IMG/VR virus record: IMGVR_UViG_3300031760_003860
Origin: an uncultured virus (IMG/VR IMGVR_UViG_3300031760_003860)
Lineage: Duplodnaviria > Heunggongvirae > Uroviricota > Caudoviricetes
Direction: 5' to 3' (one strand)
Length of the DNA: 64,000 nucleotides
The position numbers and the translations under genes are program-made. The notes beneath the pieces are model-generated. The model did no database searches. It worked only from the letters and a program-made list of their open reading frames with translations, and had not been told where the DNA came from. Positions 41,210-51,764 of this stretch are shown piece by piece (position 1 is the stretch's first letter; each line of letters starts with the position of its first letter).

Positions 41210-41521
41210 ACTATAAGATATTTTAAGTAATAAATCAGCCGTTAAATTTATACTTTAACTTTTATTGCTTGAAAATCTTATTAGTAAAAGAGATTCGTGC
41301 TTGGGAACACGAACCCTTTAAGTAATAACTTACCCACATAACTTGTAAATTGGCAATAGCCAAATCCACCAAATAAAGAATGTAATATCTATTTAAGGGT
41401 TTTACAATCCTATTCCCAAAAACAAAATGACTTAACGGCTGCAAAAATATTCAACGATAAGGAAACTGAAAATAGAATAAACTATGCAAATGAAAAAGCT
41501 CATAGAGTGAAAGGAGATAAT

Positions 41522-42331
41522 ATGAAGAATTTAAAAATTTATTGGTTAGGAATTATGGCGATTGCTTTAGTATTAGTCGGCATAAATACGAAACAAATAG
41601 GAATTAATGCAACTAGTAGTAAGAAATTAACAGAATCACAGCAGAAATATGCTGATAAAATTGCCGAAGTTGCAATTGACAATTGGGAAACATATGGAGT
41701 GTTACCATCAGTAGCAGTAGGTCAAGCATTTATTGAAAGTACATTAGGAGACTATTGTAGAGGGTATAATCTTTGGGGAATTAAATCAGGTGCAGTAACA
41801 TATAGTTCTTTAGATGAAGGAATTCATGCTTACTTAAAAGTAATCAATAATGGTTATTATAAAGATGCACCATTTTGTAAAGATTGGAGAACCCAAATAA
41901 GAAGAATACTTAATGGAGGTTATTGCGTACCAGAAGGAAGTTATTATTCTGATATATCATGGTCTATTGAGACATATAACTTTGATAAATATGACAAAAA
42001 ATTATTTAAGGTACTAGAGAAAAAAGAAAAAGCTAAAAAAGAAAAAGAGAGAAAAGAAAGAGAAGCAAAGAAAGCTAAAGAAAAGAAAGAGAAAATTGAG
42101 TCTACGACATTTAAGTTGGTATATAGACCCCAGTTATCAGCAAATACTTTAGCTATAAGCAGTTCATTAGCCAAGAAGGGCATAATCGTACTTTATAAAG
42201 ATAATGTATTTGATGGATATTATGATGTGTATAGTACAAACCTCATATCAGAAAACTGTTTAGGGACATCGAATACAGCGGAAATAGGAAATGAAGTAAC
42301 TATTATGGTCTATGAAGATGTCAAGGGCTAA
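41522..42331 (+). CDS. Secreted glucosaminidase/muramidase (GH73-like cell-wall hydrolase)
   Basis: Signal peptide; YGVLPSVAVGQAFIES..G, YNLWGIK, GGYC, YNFDKYD. Confidence 0.8.
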   Translation: MKNLKIYWLGIMAIALVLVGINTKQIGINATSSKKLTESQQKYADKIAEVAIDNWETYGVLPSVAVGQAFIESTLGDYCRGYNLWGIKSGAVTYSSLDEGIHAYLKVINNGYYKDAPFCKDWRTQIRRILNGGYCVPEGSYYSDISWSIETYNFDKYDKKLFKVLEKKEKAKKEKERKEREAKKAKEKKEKIESTTFKLVYRPQLSANTLAISSSLAKKGIIVLYKDNVFDGYYDVYSTNLISENCLGTSNTAEIGNEVTIMVYEDVKG

Positions 42332-42402
42332 TTAACACAGATAGAAGACTAAGATAACTATCTTAGTCTTCTGTCATTATATTTTGTAAAGGAGACAAAA
42401 AT

Positions 42403-42774
42403 ATGTTTACACCACTTAATTTAAACGAGATAGATAATATACCACAAGCTCATGTAATGATAAATGGAGTTTATCATCTTATTTATATAACAGATATAAA
42501 GTATGAAACTACAGCAAAGATGGTTGTTGGTAAAATACGAATTGATACTGAAGATGGGGAAGTCGTAATGGAAAGCGAAGATTATGCTCCTACGATAGTT
42601 GCCATTATTGGTGGAAAACGATTCATTGTCACATTCGATGGAGATGTTACGTCTGTAAATAAGAAGGAACATGTAGAATCATATAGATTCGATATAGTCA
42701 TAGATGATTCTATAATATATCTGTATCCTTCAAAATTAAAGCAATGGCAGGCTTATTTGAAGTCTAAAAAATGA
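42403..42774 (+). CDS. Hypothetical protein
   Basis: ORF with RBS AGGAG. Confidence 0.7.
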   Translation: MFTPLNLNEIDNIPQAHVMINGVYHLIYITDIKYETTAKMVVGKIRIDTEDGEVVMESEDYAPTIVAIIGGKRFIVTFDGDVTSVNKKEHVESYRFDIVIDDSIIYLYPSKLKQWQAYLKSKK

Positions 42775-42820
42775 TACTACATATTTATGATATGAATAAA
42801 ATACCAAGGAGGACATAATA

Positions 42821-43696
42821 ATGGACAAAAATAGAGACGTAAAAGAAAATAATATTTACAATTATACTGAAGTTGAATCTATAAGAAGAGGAAGTGTCTA
42901 TTATGTAAAAAGAAATGTTGACTGTAATTTTTATAGTGGTACAGCTATAACTTTAAAGAATAAACGTCCTTTTATAGTACTATCAGAGCACAGAGATAAT
43001 ACCTATTCTAGAATTGTCACATGTTGCCCGATCATTACTAGAGAAGAAAAAGGTAATGAGCATTTTGAGTATGTAAATTTTGTAGATTCGCGTGGTAAGC
43101 ACGTTATGGCAAACCTGTCTCAAATAACATGTATTCCTATAGAGCATGTTAAGGGTTATATTTATACAGTTCCTAAAGAAAAAATGGATGAGATTGATAG
43201 ATTACTAGCTCGTCGTCTTTGTTTAGAGAATTATATTGAAACTCTGGTCAAGCAGTATCTGGAAGATGTTATAGGTGTTTCAATTACCCATTCAATCGAA
43301 TTAGATATGAATGTAAGAAAGCAAGAACCTCTTTCAACTAAACAAGTAAAAGATATGATATATAGTAAACAATTCCAGCAATCTGAAGAAAAGATGCGGA
43401 AGCTTCTAGAAATACCAGAAAGCACATACTGTGAGCCCGAAGAGGATGCTCATATTTGTGATATGAAACTTAACCATATTGATGCATCTGAATTAAAAGA
43501 TATAGAGCCAGAACGAAAATCTACAAATAATTGGACGCCAGAAAAGATGCAAGAAGTTGTCGATTACAGAGCTTCTCATACATTAGAAGAAACAGCAGAA
43601 AAATATCATATTAAAAATAACTCCATGAATACAGTACTATGGAAAGCGAAGAGGAAGTATGGTATAACTGCATCAAGTAACAATAATCTTCATTAA
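42821..43696 (+). CDS. PemK/MazF-like endoribonuclease domain fused to a C-terminal HTH-like repeat
   Basis: IRRGSVYYV...KNKRPFIVLS...IVTCCPI...LSQITCI...MDEIDRLL. Confidence 0.7.
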   Translation: MDKNRDVKENNIYNYTEVESIRRGSVYYVKRNVDCNFYSGTAITLKNKRPFIVLSEHRDNTYSRIVTCCPIITREEKGNEHFEYVNFVDSRGKHVMANLSQITCIPIEHVKGYIYTVPKEKMDEIDRLLARRLCLENYIETLVKQYLEDVIGVSITHSIELDMNVRKQEPLSTKQVKDMIYSKQFQQSEEKMRKLLEIPESTYCEPEEDAHICDMKLNHIDASELKDIEPERKSTNNWTPEKMQEVVDYRASHTLEETAEKYHIKNNSMNTVLWKAKRKYGITASSNNNLH

Positions 43697-43719
43697 GTGT
43701 CGAAAGAAAGGGGATATCC

Positions 43720-44379
43720 ATGTCAAGGAAGTTATGGACAAAAGAAGAAGCTGAAAAGCTTATAAACTACTATAAAACGCATTCAATTAATGAAAGTATT
43801 GAGCGCTATGGATATGCTAGTGCGAATTCGCTTAGAAGAACTATAAGTGAGTTACGCAAGAGATTTGGTATACCTAAAGAAAGAAAATTCAAATGGGACG
43901 AAGAGAAAGCAAGGGAACTTGTAAATTTTTATGCTACACATACTGCAAAAGAAACTGCTGAAAAATATGAATATTCTAGCATAAATAGTTTGTATCATGC
44001 ATTATATATTGTGTCGGACAAATATAACATTCCTAGGAATAGAAAAAAGAACTACTATAAATGGACAGAAGAAAAAGCGAAGGAGTTTATGGAATTCTAT
44101 TTATCCCATTCGACCGAAGAAACTGCTGAAAAATATGAATTTTTATCTAAAAAAAGTATAAGTGGTACATTCAGCAGATTATCTAAGATGTATAATATTC
44201 GTATGGAAAGAAAGAGAGTTAAATGTAAATGGTCAGAAGAAAAAGCGAAGGAGCTTATAGAATTCTATTTATCCCATTCGACCGAAGAAACAATGAAAAG
44301 ATATAACTTTTCTAGTAAAAATAATGTATATAGAGCCATCAATAGATTGACTAAGAAGTATAATATAGCTAGAAAATAA
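43720..44379 (+). CDS. Protein made of four tandem HTH-like repeats
   Basis: Four copies of the type KWxEEKAKELxxFYxxHSxEETAEKY...LSKKYNI; DNA-level identity between repeats 3 and 4. Confidence 0.75.
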   Translation: MSRKLWTKEEAEKLINYYKTHSINESIERYGYASANSLRRTISELRKRFGIPKERKFKWDEEKARELVNFYATHTAKETAEKYEYSSINSLYHALYIVSDKYNIPRNRKKNYYKWTEEKAKEFMEFYLSHSTEETAEKYEFLSKKSISGTFSRLSKMYNIRMERKRVKCKWSEEKAKELIEFYLSHSTEETMKRYNFSSKNNVYRAINRLTKKYNIARK

Positions 44380-44500
44380 AAATGAGAAGAAGCTAGACAT
44401 GCACACATACACGCCTAGCTTCTTTTTTGGTCTAATATTCATTTTTTCTTTTTTAGGAAACATTTTTATATAGATAAAATTAGGGAAAGGATGTTATAGT

Positions 44501-47500
44501 ATGGAAGTAATTAAACGTGATGGTACTAGCGTCGATTATGACGAGACTAAAATTATGAAAGCTATTCAGGGTGCGAATAGTGAAATGACAAAAGAGGAAG
44601 ATAAGTTAAGCGTAGATGGAATTGCTAACTTAATAGAAGATTTTAATAAAATAACGACTCCTCTTCATCGGATTGAAGTAGAGGAGATTCAGGATATCGT
44701 GGAAGAATTACTCATGCGCTATAAGAAATATAAATTAGCCAAAGCTTATATTATTTATAGATATATCCATGCGGAAAAGCGTTCAGGGAATGATGTTATT
44801 TCTAGAGTAAAAACTCTTATTGATGGAATCAATACAGAGTTAAACGAAGAGAATTCTAACAAGAATTCCTTTATCAACAGCGTGCAAAGAGATTATATGG
44901 CTGGAGAAGTTTCAAAAGAAATTACAAAAGAACTTCTTCCAGAAGATATTTACCGAGCATGGAAAGAAGGTTTAATCCATTTCCATGACTCTGATTATTT
45001 CGCTCAGTATATGACTAATTGTTGTTTGATAGCATTAGATGATATGCTTGAGAATAGCACCGTAATCAGTGATACTTTAATAGAAACCCCTCATGCATTT
45101 TCTACCGCATGTACAATCGCAACACAGATTATTGCACAGGTTGCATCTTCTCAATACGGCGGTCAATCCATATCATTGGCTCATTTGGCACCTTATGTGG
45201 ATAAGAGTAGACAGAAGTTTACAGAGTTTATAACTCGTGTTTATGGTAAAATGGGAGAGAAAGAAAAGGAATTGCTTGATATTCTTATGCAGTATGAAAT
45301 ATCAAAAGGTGTTCAGACAATTCAGTATCAGGTGCAGACATTATTAACAACAAATGGTCAGGCTCCATTCTTAACTTTATTTATGTGGATTAATGAAGTT
45401 CCAGAAGGACAAACAAGAGATGACTTAGCGTTATTAATAGAAGAAGTATTAAAACAGCGTATTTTAGGAGTTAAAAATGAGAAAGGTATTTATGTATCAC
45501 CAGCCTTCCCTAAGCTCATTTATGTTACAGATGAAAATAATATTTATCCGGATAGAAAATATTGGTACTTAACGGAATTAGCTTGTAAATGTACAGCAAA
45601 GAGATTAGTTCCAGATTATATTTCTGCAAAGAAAATGGCTGAATACAAAGAGGGTAATGTATTTCCAGTGATGGGATGCGTGGAAGGTAATGAGATTATT
45701 TCATATAAATATCATGGGAAACTTTTCGTAGAATCATTTAAGCGAATGTGGGAACGTTTGTCTGAGGATTTCCCAATAAAACACCAATTTTCAGAAGATA
45801 ATCCTAATTTATATATGGATTTGACTGATGTTGAAATTTATGATACAGAAAAAGGTTTTGTGAATACGCAAAGAATTATTCGTAATAAGAGTAATGATTG
45901 GGTTAAAGTTCACATGTCAAATGGTCGAATTTTATTATGTACATCTGTTCATCCTTTTGATACTGTAAATAGAGGTAGAGTTTTGGCAAAAGATTTGCAG
46001 ACAGATATAATTAGAATTAATCATTCACAAGTTACAGGAGATGCTCAAAACAATTGGAATGAAGATTTAGCTTGGGCTTATGGTGTTTTATTATGCGATT
46101 CTTCATATGCAGGTACTCCTATGGGAACATTTGCCATTAACGGGGAAGATGATATCATTGACCATTTGGTTGAAGTTATAGAGAATAATTATAATATTAA
46201 ATGCGAAGTTCGAGAACAACACAGAGGAGTTAAAGGAAATTATAAAGAAGTTGTTATGCCTTCTAGAGAATTACGATATGATCTATGTAGATTTTTTGAA
46301 GGTATCGCAAAAGTAGACAGGCATATTCCGAATATACTGTTTTCTATGAAAGAATCAGTAAGATTAGCGTTTTTAGCTGGAATGATTGATGCTGATGGTT
46401 ACATTAACGCTACTAGTTCTTTAAGTAAAATTCAAATAAGCTCAACAAATAAAGAGCTCGCTTTGCAACAAATGGCATTAATACAGAGTTTAGGTATGCC
46501 AGCGTATCAGTATGAAAATCATTATAGTAAAAAACATGCTGATAAAATTAGGTATAGAATTGAAGCTGTTCCAAGTGATGATATTATAGATTATCTAATC
46601 TGTAACAAGAAAAACTCTTTATTTAAAAATAATGAACGATGTCGTTCAGTAGATAGTATAAAAGCCAAAGCAGCAATTAAATATATAGAAGTTATTGATA
46701 ATTACGAAGATTATAGTTATGACGTTACAACAGAATCTGATCATTTTGAGGTTAGCGGAATATATAGTCATAACTGTAGAAGTAATCTTTCTCCTTGGAA
46801 AGATGAAAATGGAAATTATAAATTCTACGGGCGCTTTAATCAAGGTGTTGTAACTATCAACTTAGTTGATGTCGCATGTTCATCAAATAAAGATATGGAA
46901 AAATTCTGGCAAATCTTTGATGAAAGATTAGAGCTTTGTCATAGGGCATTATTATGTAGACATGAAAGATTAAAAGGTACTACCACAAAAGTTGCTCCTA
47001 TCTTATGGCAATATGGTGCATATGCACGATTAGGTAAAGATGATGTCATTGATGAGTTATTGTATAATGGCTATTCTACAATTTCTTTAGGATATGCAGG
47101 ATTGGCAGAGTGTGTTTACTATATGACTGGCAAGTCACATACATCAGACGAAGCAAAACCATTCGCTTTATCTATTATGCAGCATATGAACGATATGTGC
47201 AATAAGTGGAAAGAAGAGCATGAGCATCATTTAGCATTTTCTTTATATGGTACTCCATTAGAGTCTACAACATACTCTTTTGCGAAAGCATTGAGGAAAA
47301 GATTTGGTGTTATCGAAGGAGTTACCGATAAAGATTATATAACAAACTCTTATCATGTAAAAGTAACAGAGCAGATTGATGCATTTAGTAAATTGGCAAT
47401 TGAGGCAGAATTCCAGCATTTATCAACTGGTGGTGCTATTAGTTATATTGAAGTGCCTAACATGCAGAATAACATTGAAGCTATTGAATCTGTTGTTCAA

Positions 47501-47749
47501 TTCATGTATGAAAACGTTATGTATGCGGAACTTAATACAAAATCAGACTATTGTCAAGTTTGTGGTTATGATGGGGAAATTCAGATTGTTGAAGATGATA
47601 ACGGTAAATTGATATGGGAATGCCCGAATTGTAAAAATAGAGACCAATCTAAGATGAATGTGGCAAGACGTTCATGTGGATATATCGGAACCCAATTCTG
47701 GAATCAAGGAAGAACACAAGAGATTAAAGAACGCGTACTTCATTTATAA
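44501..47749 (+). CDS. nrdD: Anaerobic (class III) ribonucleoside-triphosphate reductase with ATP cone and intein
   Basis: VIKRDG ATP cone, ENSNK, HFHD, NCCL, QYGGQS, FPKL, MG[intein]CRS, GRFNQGVVTINL, YITNSYH, C-terminal CxxC...CPNC and RRSCGYIG glycyl loop. Late promoter at 44459-44470. Confidence 0.96.
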   Translation: MEVIKRDGTSVDYDETKIMKAIQGANSEMTKEEDKLSVDGIANLIEDFNKITTPLHRIEVEEIQDIVEELLMRYKKYKLAKAYIIYRYIHAEKRSGNDVISRVKTLIDGINTELNEENSNKNSFINSVQRDYMAGEVSKEITKELLPEDIYRAWKEGLIHFHDSDYFAQYMTNCCLIALDDMLENSTVISDTLIETPHAFSTACTIATQIIAQVASSQYGGQSISLAHLAPYVDKSRQKFTEFITRVYGKMGEKEKELLDILMQYEISKGVQTIQYQVQTLLTTNGQAPFLTLFMWINEVPEGQTRDDLALLIEEVLKQRILGVKNEKGIYVSPAFPKLIYVTDENNIYPDRKYWYLTELACKCTAKRLVPDYISAKKMAEYKEGNVFPVMGCVEGNEIISYKYHGKLFVESFKRMWERLSEDFPIKHQFSEDNPNLYMDLTDVEIYDTEKGFVNTQRIIRNKSNDWVKVHMSNGRILLCTSVHPFDTVNRGRVLAKDLQTDIIRINHSQVTGDAQNNWNEDLAWAYGVLLCDSSYAGTPMGTFAINGEDDIIDHLVEVIENNYNIKCEVREQHRGVKGNYKEVVMPSRELRYDLCRFFEGIAKVDRHIPNILFSMKESVRLAFLAGMIDADGYINATSSLSKIQISSTNKELALQQMALIQSLGMPAYQYENHYSKKHADKIRYRIEAVPSDDIIDYLICNKKNSLFKNNERCRSVDSIKAKAAIKYIEVIDNYEDYSYDVTTESDHFEVSGIYSHNCRSNLSPWKDENGNYKFYGRFNQGVVTINLVDVACSSNKDMEKFWQIFDERLELCHRALLCRHERLKGTTTKVAPILWQYGAYARLGKDDVIDELLYNGYSTISLGYAGLAECVYYMTGKSHTSDEAKPFALSIMQHMNDMCNKWKEEHEHHLAFSLYGTPLESTTYSFAKALRKRFGVIEGVTDKDYITNSYHVKVTEQIDAFSKLAIEAEFQHLSTGGAISYIEVPNMQNNIEAIESVVQFMYENVMYAELNTKSDYCQVCGYDGEIQIVEDDNGKLIWECPNCKNRDQSKMNVARRSCGYIGTQFWNQGRTQEIKERVLHL
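45677..46774 (+). mobile_element. Intein with LAGLIDADG homing endonuclease (366 aa)
   Basis: Starts CVEGNE, block B CTSVHPF, LAFLAGMIDADG, ends YDVTTESDHFEVSGIYSHN|C. Inserted in the MG|CRS motif. Confidence 0.95.
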
Positions 47750-47871
47750 TATAAAACTTTATTGCGAATATATATCATCATAGGGGTATATCGATATAAA
47801 AACGTGATATACCCCTATAAAAATAGTACTTATGATAAAATACTATGTTCCCTTGAAAGGAGGATGTTCTT

Positions 47872-48222
47872 ATGAAAAAAGAAGCGTTTGAGAAAGCTTT
47901 TGCAGAAGCGAAAGCTTCAGATTTTAACATGGAACTTGTGAAACAATGGAATGAAGCAGGAAACCAAAATACTATAGAGGCAACTGGTGACTTAACAATT
48001 CGTTCCATTATTGCTATGGAAGAACTTGCTGAGTGCTCACAAGCTATCTCTAAGTCTCTTCGCAAAGAGGATTTCAGAACTAACTTAATTGAAGAAATTG
48101 CTGATGTTTATAGTATGCTTTATCATGTAATGTGTAAGCATAATATTACAGAGGAAGATATCCAGAAAGCGAGACTTGTGAAAATGAAGAGAGACCTAGA
48201 CAGATGGAGTAAAGATAAATGA
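47872..48222 (+). CDS. MazG-like nucleotide pyrophosphohydrolase
   Basis: AMEELAECSQAISK...LIEEIADV (EExxE...EExxD). Confidence 0.75.
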   Translation: MKKEAFEKAFAEAKASDFNMELVKQWNEAGNQNTIEATGDLTIRSIIAMEELAECSQAISKSLRKEDFRTNLIEEIADVYSMLYHVMCKHNITEEDIQKARLVKMKRDLDRWSKDK

Positions 48223-48288
48223 GTCTTTAATAAAAATAAGTAGTTATAGATAATATAACTACTTATTTTTTATTTTAATATCCCTTAT

Positions 48289-48433
48289 AACAATAAAGTA
48301 AAATCATGGGTGAAAATTATAAACTACTTACTCCTAAGTCCATCCGTATAAATCCTTGAAATAAAGTCTACTCATGATTAAATATACTAATAATTGCACA
48401 TGGTTCATCCCTCCCATGTGCAATATTTTTTTT
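48289..48433 (+). ncRNA. Candidate small RNA
   Basis: AACA-ATAAAG-TA promoter; stem AATCATGGGT/ACTCATGATT; terminator ATTGCACATGG/CCATGTGCAAT with a C-rich loop. Confidence 0.45.
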
Positions 48434-48483
48434 GTTTGTATATTATTTCAATGATATCGGTAAAAGAAAGGAAGATTATACCT

Positions 48484-49188
48484 ATGAGAGAAATTAAATT
48501 ACCAGATGAGTTTGATATGGATTTTTGTCAAAAAGAAAAAGCGATGAAAGAAACAGAAAGATGTGTTTATTGTGGAAGCGAAAGGATTAAACGGAGTAAG
48601 CCTAAAGTTATTAAAGTTAAAGAGGGTCTATTTAAGAAAAAGATTATGCATGAAGTGGTTTGTAAATGCAAGGATTGTGGAGCTAAATATGCAACAGACC
48701 CTTATCCAATGAAAAAGAAAGATAGAATAAAGAATAAAGAGAAGAGAAAATATCCCAATATAAATCCAGTAATTGTATGCTTAGGTTGTTGGATTGGTAG
48801 CATAACAATAGAATATCTAATTATACAATACAATGGAGAATCAATAATATTAGGAGCTTTACTTTTCTTCTTAATATTTATTCCATTACTCATAACTATA
48901 TTTAAAACAATAAATGATGAAATAGATAGTTATAATAGATACTGGGCAGCAGCATTAGTAGTGTCAATATCATTATTTGTAATTGAACCAATTACATGTG
49001 CAATGTTACTAACAAACTACGTGGATGTGTATGTGCATGATGATAACGGTAACGTTATTAAAGCTTATAAATATATTGATGAAGGATACATTGAGTACAT
49101 AGATGACAATAATGTTTCAATCTATGATAGAAATACAGGTAACTATGAATATTATTCTAAAAATAAAATAACGATAAAGGATGAATAA
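48484..49188 (+). CDS. Membrane protein with N-terminal Zn-ribbon
   Basis: CVYC...CKDC, three hydrophobic segments; ATG at 48484 after an AGGAAG RBS. Confidence 0.7.
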   Translation: MREIKLPDEFDMDFCQKEKAMKETERCVYCGSERIKRSKPKVIKVKEGLFKKKIMHEVVCKCKDCGAKYATDPYPMKKKDRIKNKEKRKYPNINPVIVCLGCWIGSITIEYLIIQYNGESIILGALLFFLIFIPLLITIFKTINDEIDSYNRYWAAALVVSISLFVIEPITCAMLLTNYVDVYVHDDNGNVIKAYKYIDEGYIEYIDDNNVSIYDRNTGNYEYYSKNKITIKDE

Positions 49189-49190
49189 TT

Positions 49191-49661
49191 ATGTTAAAGA
49201 AAACAAAAATAGGAAAAGTAGTTTACAATGGAAATGAATATGGATTGTTTTTAAGCTCATTAGACCCGATTAACGATATTGCATGTTCTATAGACTTAAA
49301 TGAGATTTATGTAAAAAAAAGTTATTTCGGTAAAGATAGAAATAACCAAGAATGCTTTATGTGGCATGAAATAGGGCATATCATTAACCATACTGATAAT
49401 GAATATGTTGCAGATAAATTTGCTTGTGAGCGAGTTGGATGCCAGAGATTTATTGATGCGATAGATAGTGATTATTTAGATATAAAGAAAAGATTATCGC
49501 CTGCACGAAGGGACGCATTTAGTAATTATCAGGCTTATCGTATCAATGTATTAGACGAATTACCAGAAAATACTATTGAAGAGAAATATGAAATAGTGTT
49601 AAATGATGGCTTGACTATTGAAATATTAAAGAATATGGTAGTAACTGACATAGAAGATTAA
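49191..49661 (+). CDS. Putative zinc metallopeptidase-like protein
   Basis: WHEIGH...NEYVADKFA (HEXXH+E). Confidence 0.65.
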   Translation: MLKKTKIGKVVYNGNEYGLFLSSLDPINDIACSIDLNEIYVKKSYFGKDRNNQECFMWHEIGHIINHTDNEYVADKFACERVGCQRFIDAIDSDYLDIKKRLSPARRDAFSNYQAYRINVLDELPENTIEEKYEIVLNDGLTIEILKNMVVTDIED

Positions 49662-49679
49662 TGTTATATAAGAAAGGAA

Positions 49680-50156
49680 GTGATAAAAATGAAGATGCCA
49701 GTTAGAATTATTATTGCTGGTAGTAGAGAGTTTAATAATTATACATCTTTGAATACATTTATGAATAAGTTTATAAAAGAACTTATTGAAAAATTTAAAG
49801 ATGCACCAGTTGAGATTGGTATGGAGAATATTGAGATTGTTTCAGGAGGTGCAAGAGGAGCCGATAGGTTGGGAGAAGAATGGGCTCGTAAGCACAAATT
49901 ACCGTATAGAGTATTTGTACCTAATTGGAAAGAATATGGGAAGGGAGCAGGACATGTTAGAAATGCTGAGATGGCTAAATATGCTTCGGGTAAAAGTGAT
50001 GGTAAAGAAGCATTTGGGATATGTGTTGTGTTCTGGGATGGAAAATCGAGAGGTTCTCAGTCAATGATTTCTTATGCTGAAAGAAATGGTCTTATGACTG
50101 TAGTTAAGAAAATAAGACCAGTTAAACAAGAAAATATATTTAAGAAAGAAATATAA
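49680..50156 (+). CDS. SLOG-family (DUF2493/YspA-like) protein
   Basis: IIIAGSREF, IVSGGARGAD, AGHVRNAEM, FWDGKSRGS. Confidence 0.85.
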   Translation: MIKMKMPVRIIIAGSREFNNYTSLNTFMNKFIKELIEKFKDAPVEIGMENIEIVSGGARGADRLGEEWARKHKLPYRVFVPNWKEYGKGAGHVRNAEMAKYASGKSDGKEAFGICVVFWDGKSRGSQSMISYAERNGLMTVVKKIRPVKQENIFKKEI

Positions 50157-50183
50157 ATAATAGACAAATGAGGAGGAAATAAA

Positions 50184-50933
50184 ATGGCAAAATTAATTTT
50201 CAAAGATGCGTTGGAGGAAATGTATGGGGCTAGAATTGCGAAACCAAAAGGGGCAATGCGTACAGCGGTAGCATTGTATGCGAAATATATTGACATTGTA
50301 CAGCAAGGTACAGAGTATATCGTTGTCGTGCAACATCACGAAGGAACAAGTTTCTTTAAGGTGGAAGAACAGGTGTTATTAGAAAGCGATAATCCTATAA
50401 CGATGGGAGATGAATATACAAATGTTTTCTTATCATATGATGTGATGGGATTTACGCAGACACGAGAGCAATCTATCGGATTTGCAACATCGGCTACTTA
50501 TAAGAAATTCTCTAAGTGGCTATTTGATGTGAATCAAGATATTTATATTGTAATGACAGAAGAAATGAGTCAGTTCATTCGTTCAGCTAGGTTTACAATT
50601 AATTTAGATATTACAGGGTATAACCACTACATGGCTAATTGTATTTTAGAATATACTTCTATGAAGTCATACTTGAAGCCATGTGTAGTTGAATTAAAGA
50701 AAGGAAATCCTTTAATAAAACAGTTAGCCGAATCAGGAAAATGTTTTATACTTGGAACGGATTTAGAACCAATTACAAAAGAAACTACAGGAATGGTCTA
50801 TGTATCAGAACAGATTTCATTAACGGATGGAACTGTAGCGGATTATTGCTGCTGGGTAGAAGAAAATTCTGACTATGACCATGCACCTTTATCTAAGTAT
50901 TTAGATATAGTATTTGGGTTTGAGGTAAAATAA
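50184..50933 (+). CDS. Hypothetical protein
   Basis: ORF with RBS GAGGAGG. Confidence 0.75.
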   Translation: MAKLIFKDALEEMYGARIAKPKGAMRTAVALYAKYIDIVQQGTEYIVVVQHHEGTSFFKVEEQVLLESDNPITMGDEYTNVFLSYDVMGFTQTREQSIGFATSATYKKFSKWLFDVNQDIYIVMTEEMSQFIRSARFTINLDITGYNHYMANCILEYTSMKSYLKPCVVELKKGNPLIKQLAESGKCFILGTDLEPITKETTGMVYVSEQISLTDGTVADYCCWVEENSDYDHAPLSKYLDIVFGFEVK

Positions 50934-50935
50934 TT

Positions 50936-51433
50936 ATGAAAGTATATGTATTAGAGAATAAAGAAACAGGAGAGGTAGTAGGAATCTCTGAAGAAAAAGA
51001 AGCTGCTAAACTTTTTATGGAGCAGTATCAACTAAATAAGGATGACTTTACTATAACAAAAGTAAAAGGTAAAACAGCTGAGAAGCTGTTCAATAAGTAT
51101 GCAGAGAAGAAAGGAATTACATTTGTTTCCCAAAGAGACATTGTAGCACAGGGAGAACGCGCGGATGCGATATTTGAATCATTGTCTAGTATTCGTGCAG
51201 ATATTACAATGGCATCTAGTGTTATTAGTAGACTGATGCAGATGAATATAAGTTCGGAAGAAAGACTTGCTCTTAATAAGACAAAAATCTTACTAAGAGA
51301 TTTTCAAGTTAATGATGATAGATTAGAAGATGTTATGCGAGATATGATTTTATTCTACTTATCAGAGGATTCTGATTCATTCATTGCTGCGATGAATGAA
51401 TTGCGGTTTAATTACGATAAGATCCGCTTCTAG
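50936..51433 (+). CDS. Hypothetical protein
   Basis: Coupled ORF followed by a terminator hairpin. Confidence 0.7.
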   Translation: MKVYVLENKETGEVVGISEEKEAAKLFMEQYQLNKDDFTITKVKGKTAEKLFNKYAEKKGITFVSQRDIVAQGERADAIFESLSSIRADITMASSVISRLMQMNISSEERLALNKTKILLRDFQVNDDRLEDVMRDMILFYLSEDSDSFIAAMNELRFNYDKIRF

Positions 51434-51487
51434 AAGCGGATCTTTATTTTTCTACATTTTAGAAAGATAGAGAGGAGAGTTGGTATT

Positions 51488-51721
51488 ATGGCTGGTATAC
51501 CGTTACATAGAGTAGTTGATGGGGTTAAAAAGGTCTACTCTGTAATTATATGTAACACTCAATGCTATAAGGGTAATAATATCAAGTTAGGCACAAAGGA
51601 TGAGGGAGATATCTCTGGAAAAATTACTGGTATTTTCGACGAATACTTAATTTTAACCAATGAGCATGAAATTCGATATACCATATTATACGATAATATC
51701 ACTAGTTTAGTGATATTATAA
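51488..51721 (+). CDS. Hypothetical protein
   Basis: ORF with RBS AGGAG. Confidence 0.6.
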   Translation: MAGIPLHRVVDGVKKVYSVIICNTQCYKGNNIKLGTKDEGDISGKITGIFDEYLILTNEHEIRYTILYDNITSLVIL

Positions 51722-51764
51722 TAAGAGTCTAACAGTTAGGTAAATTACAATAATAAGATTAGAG

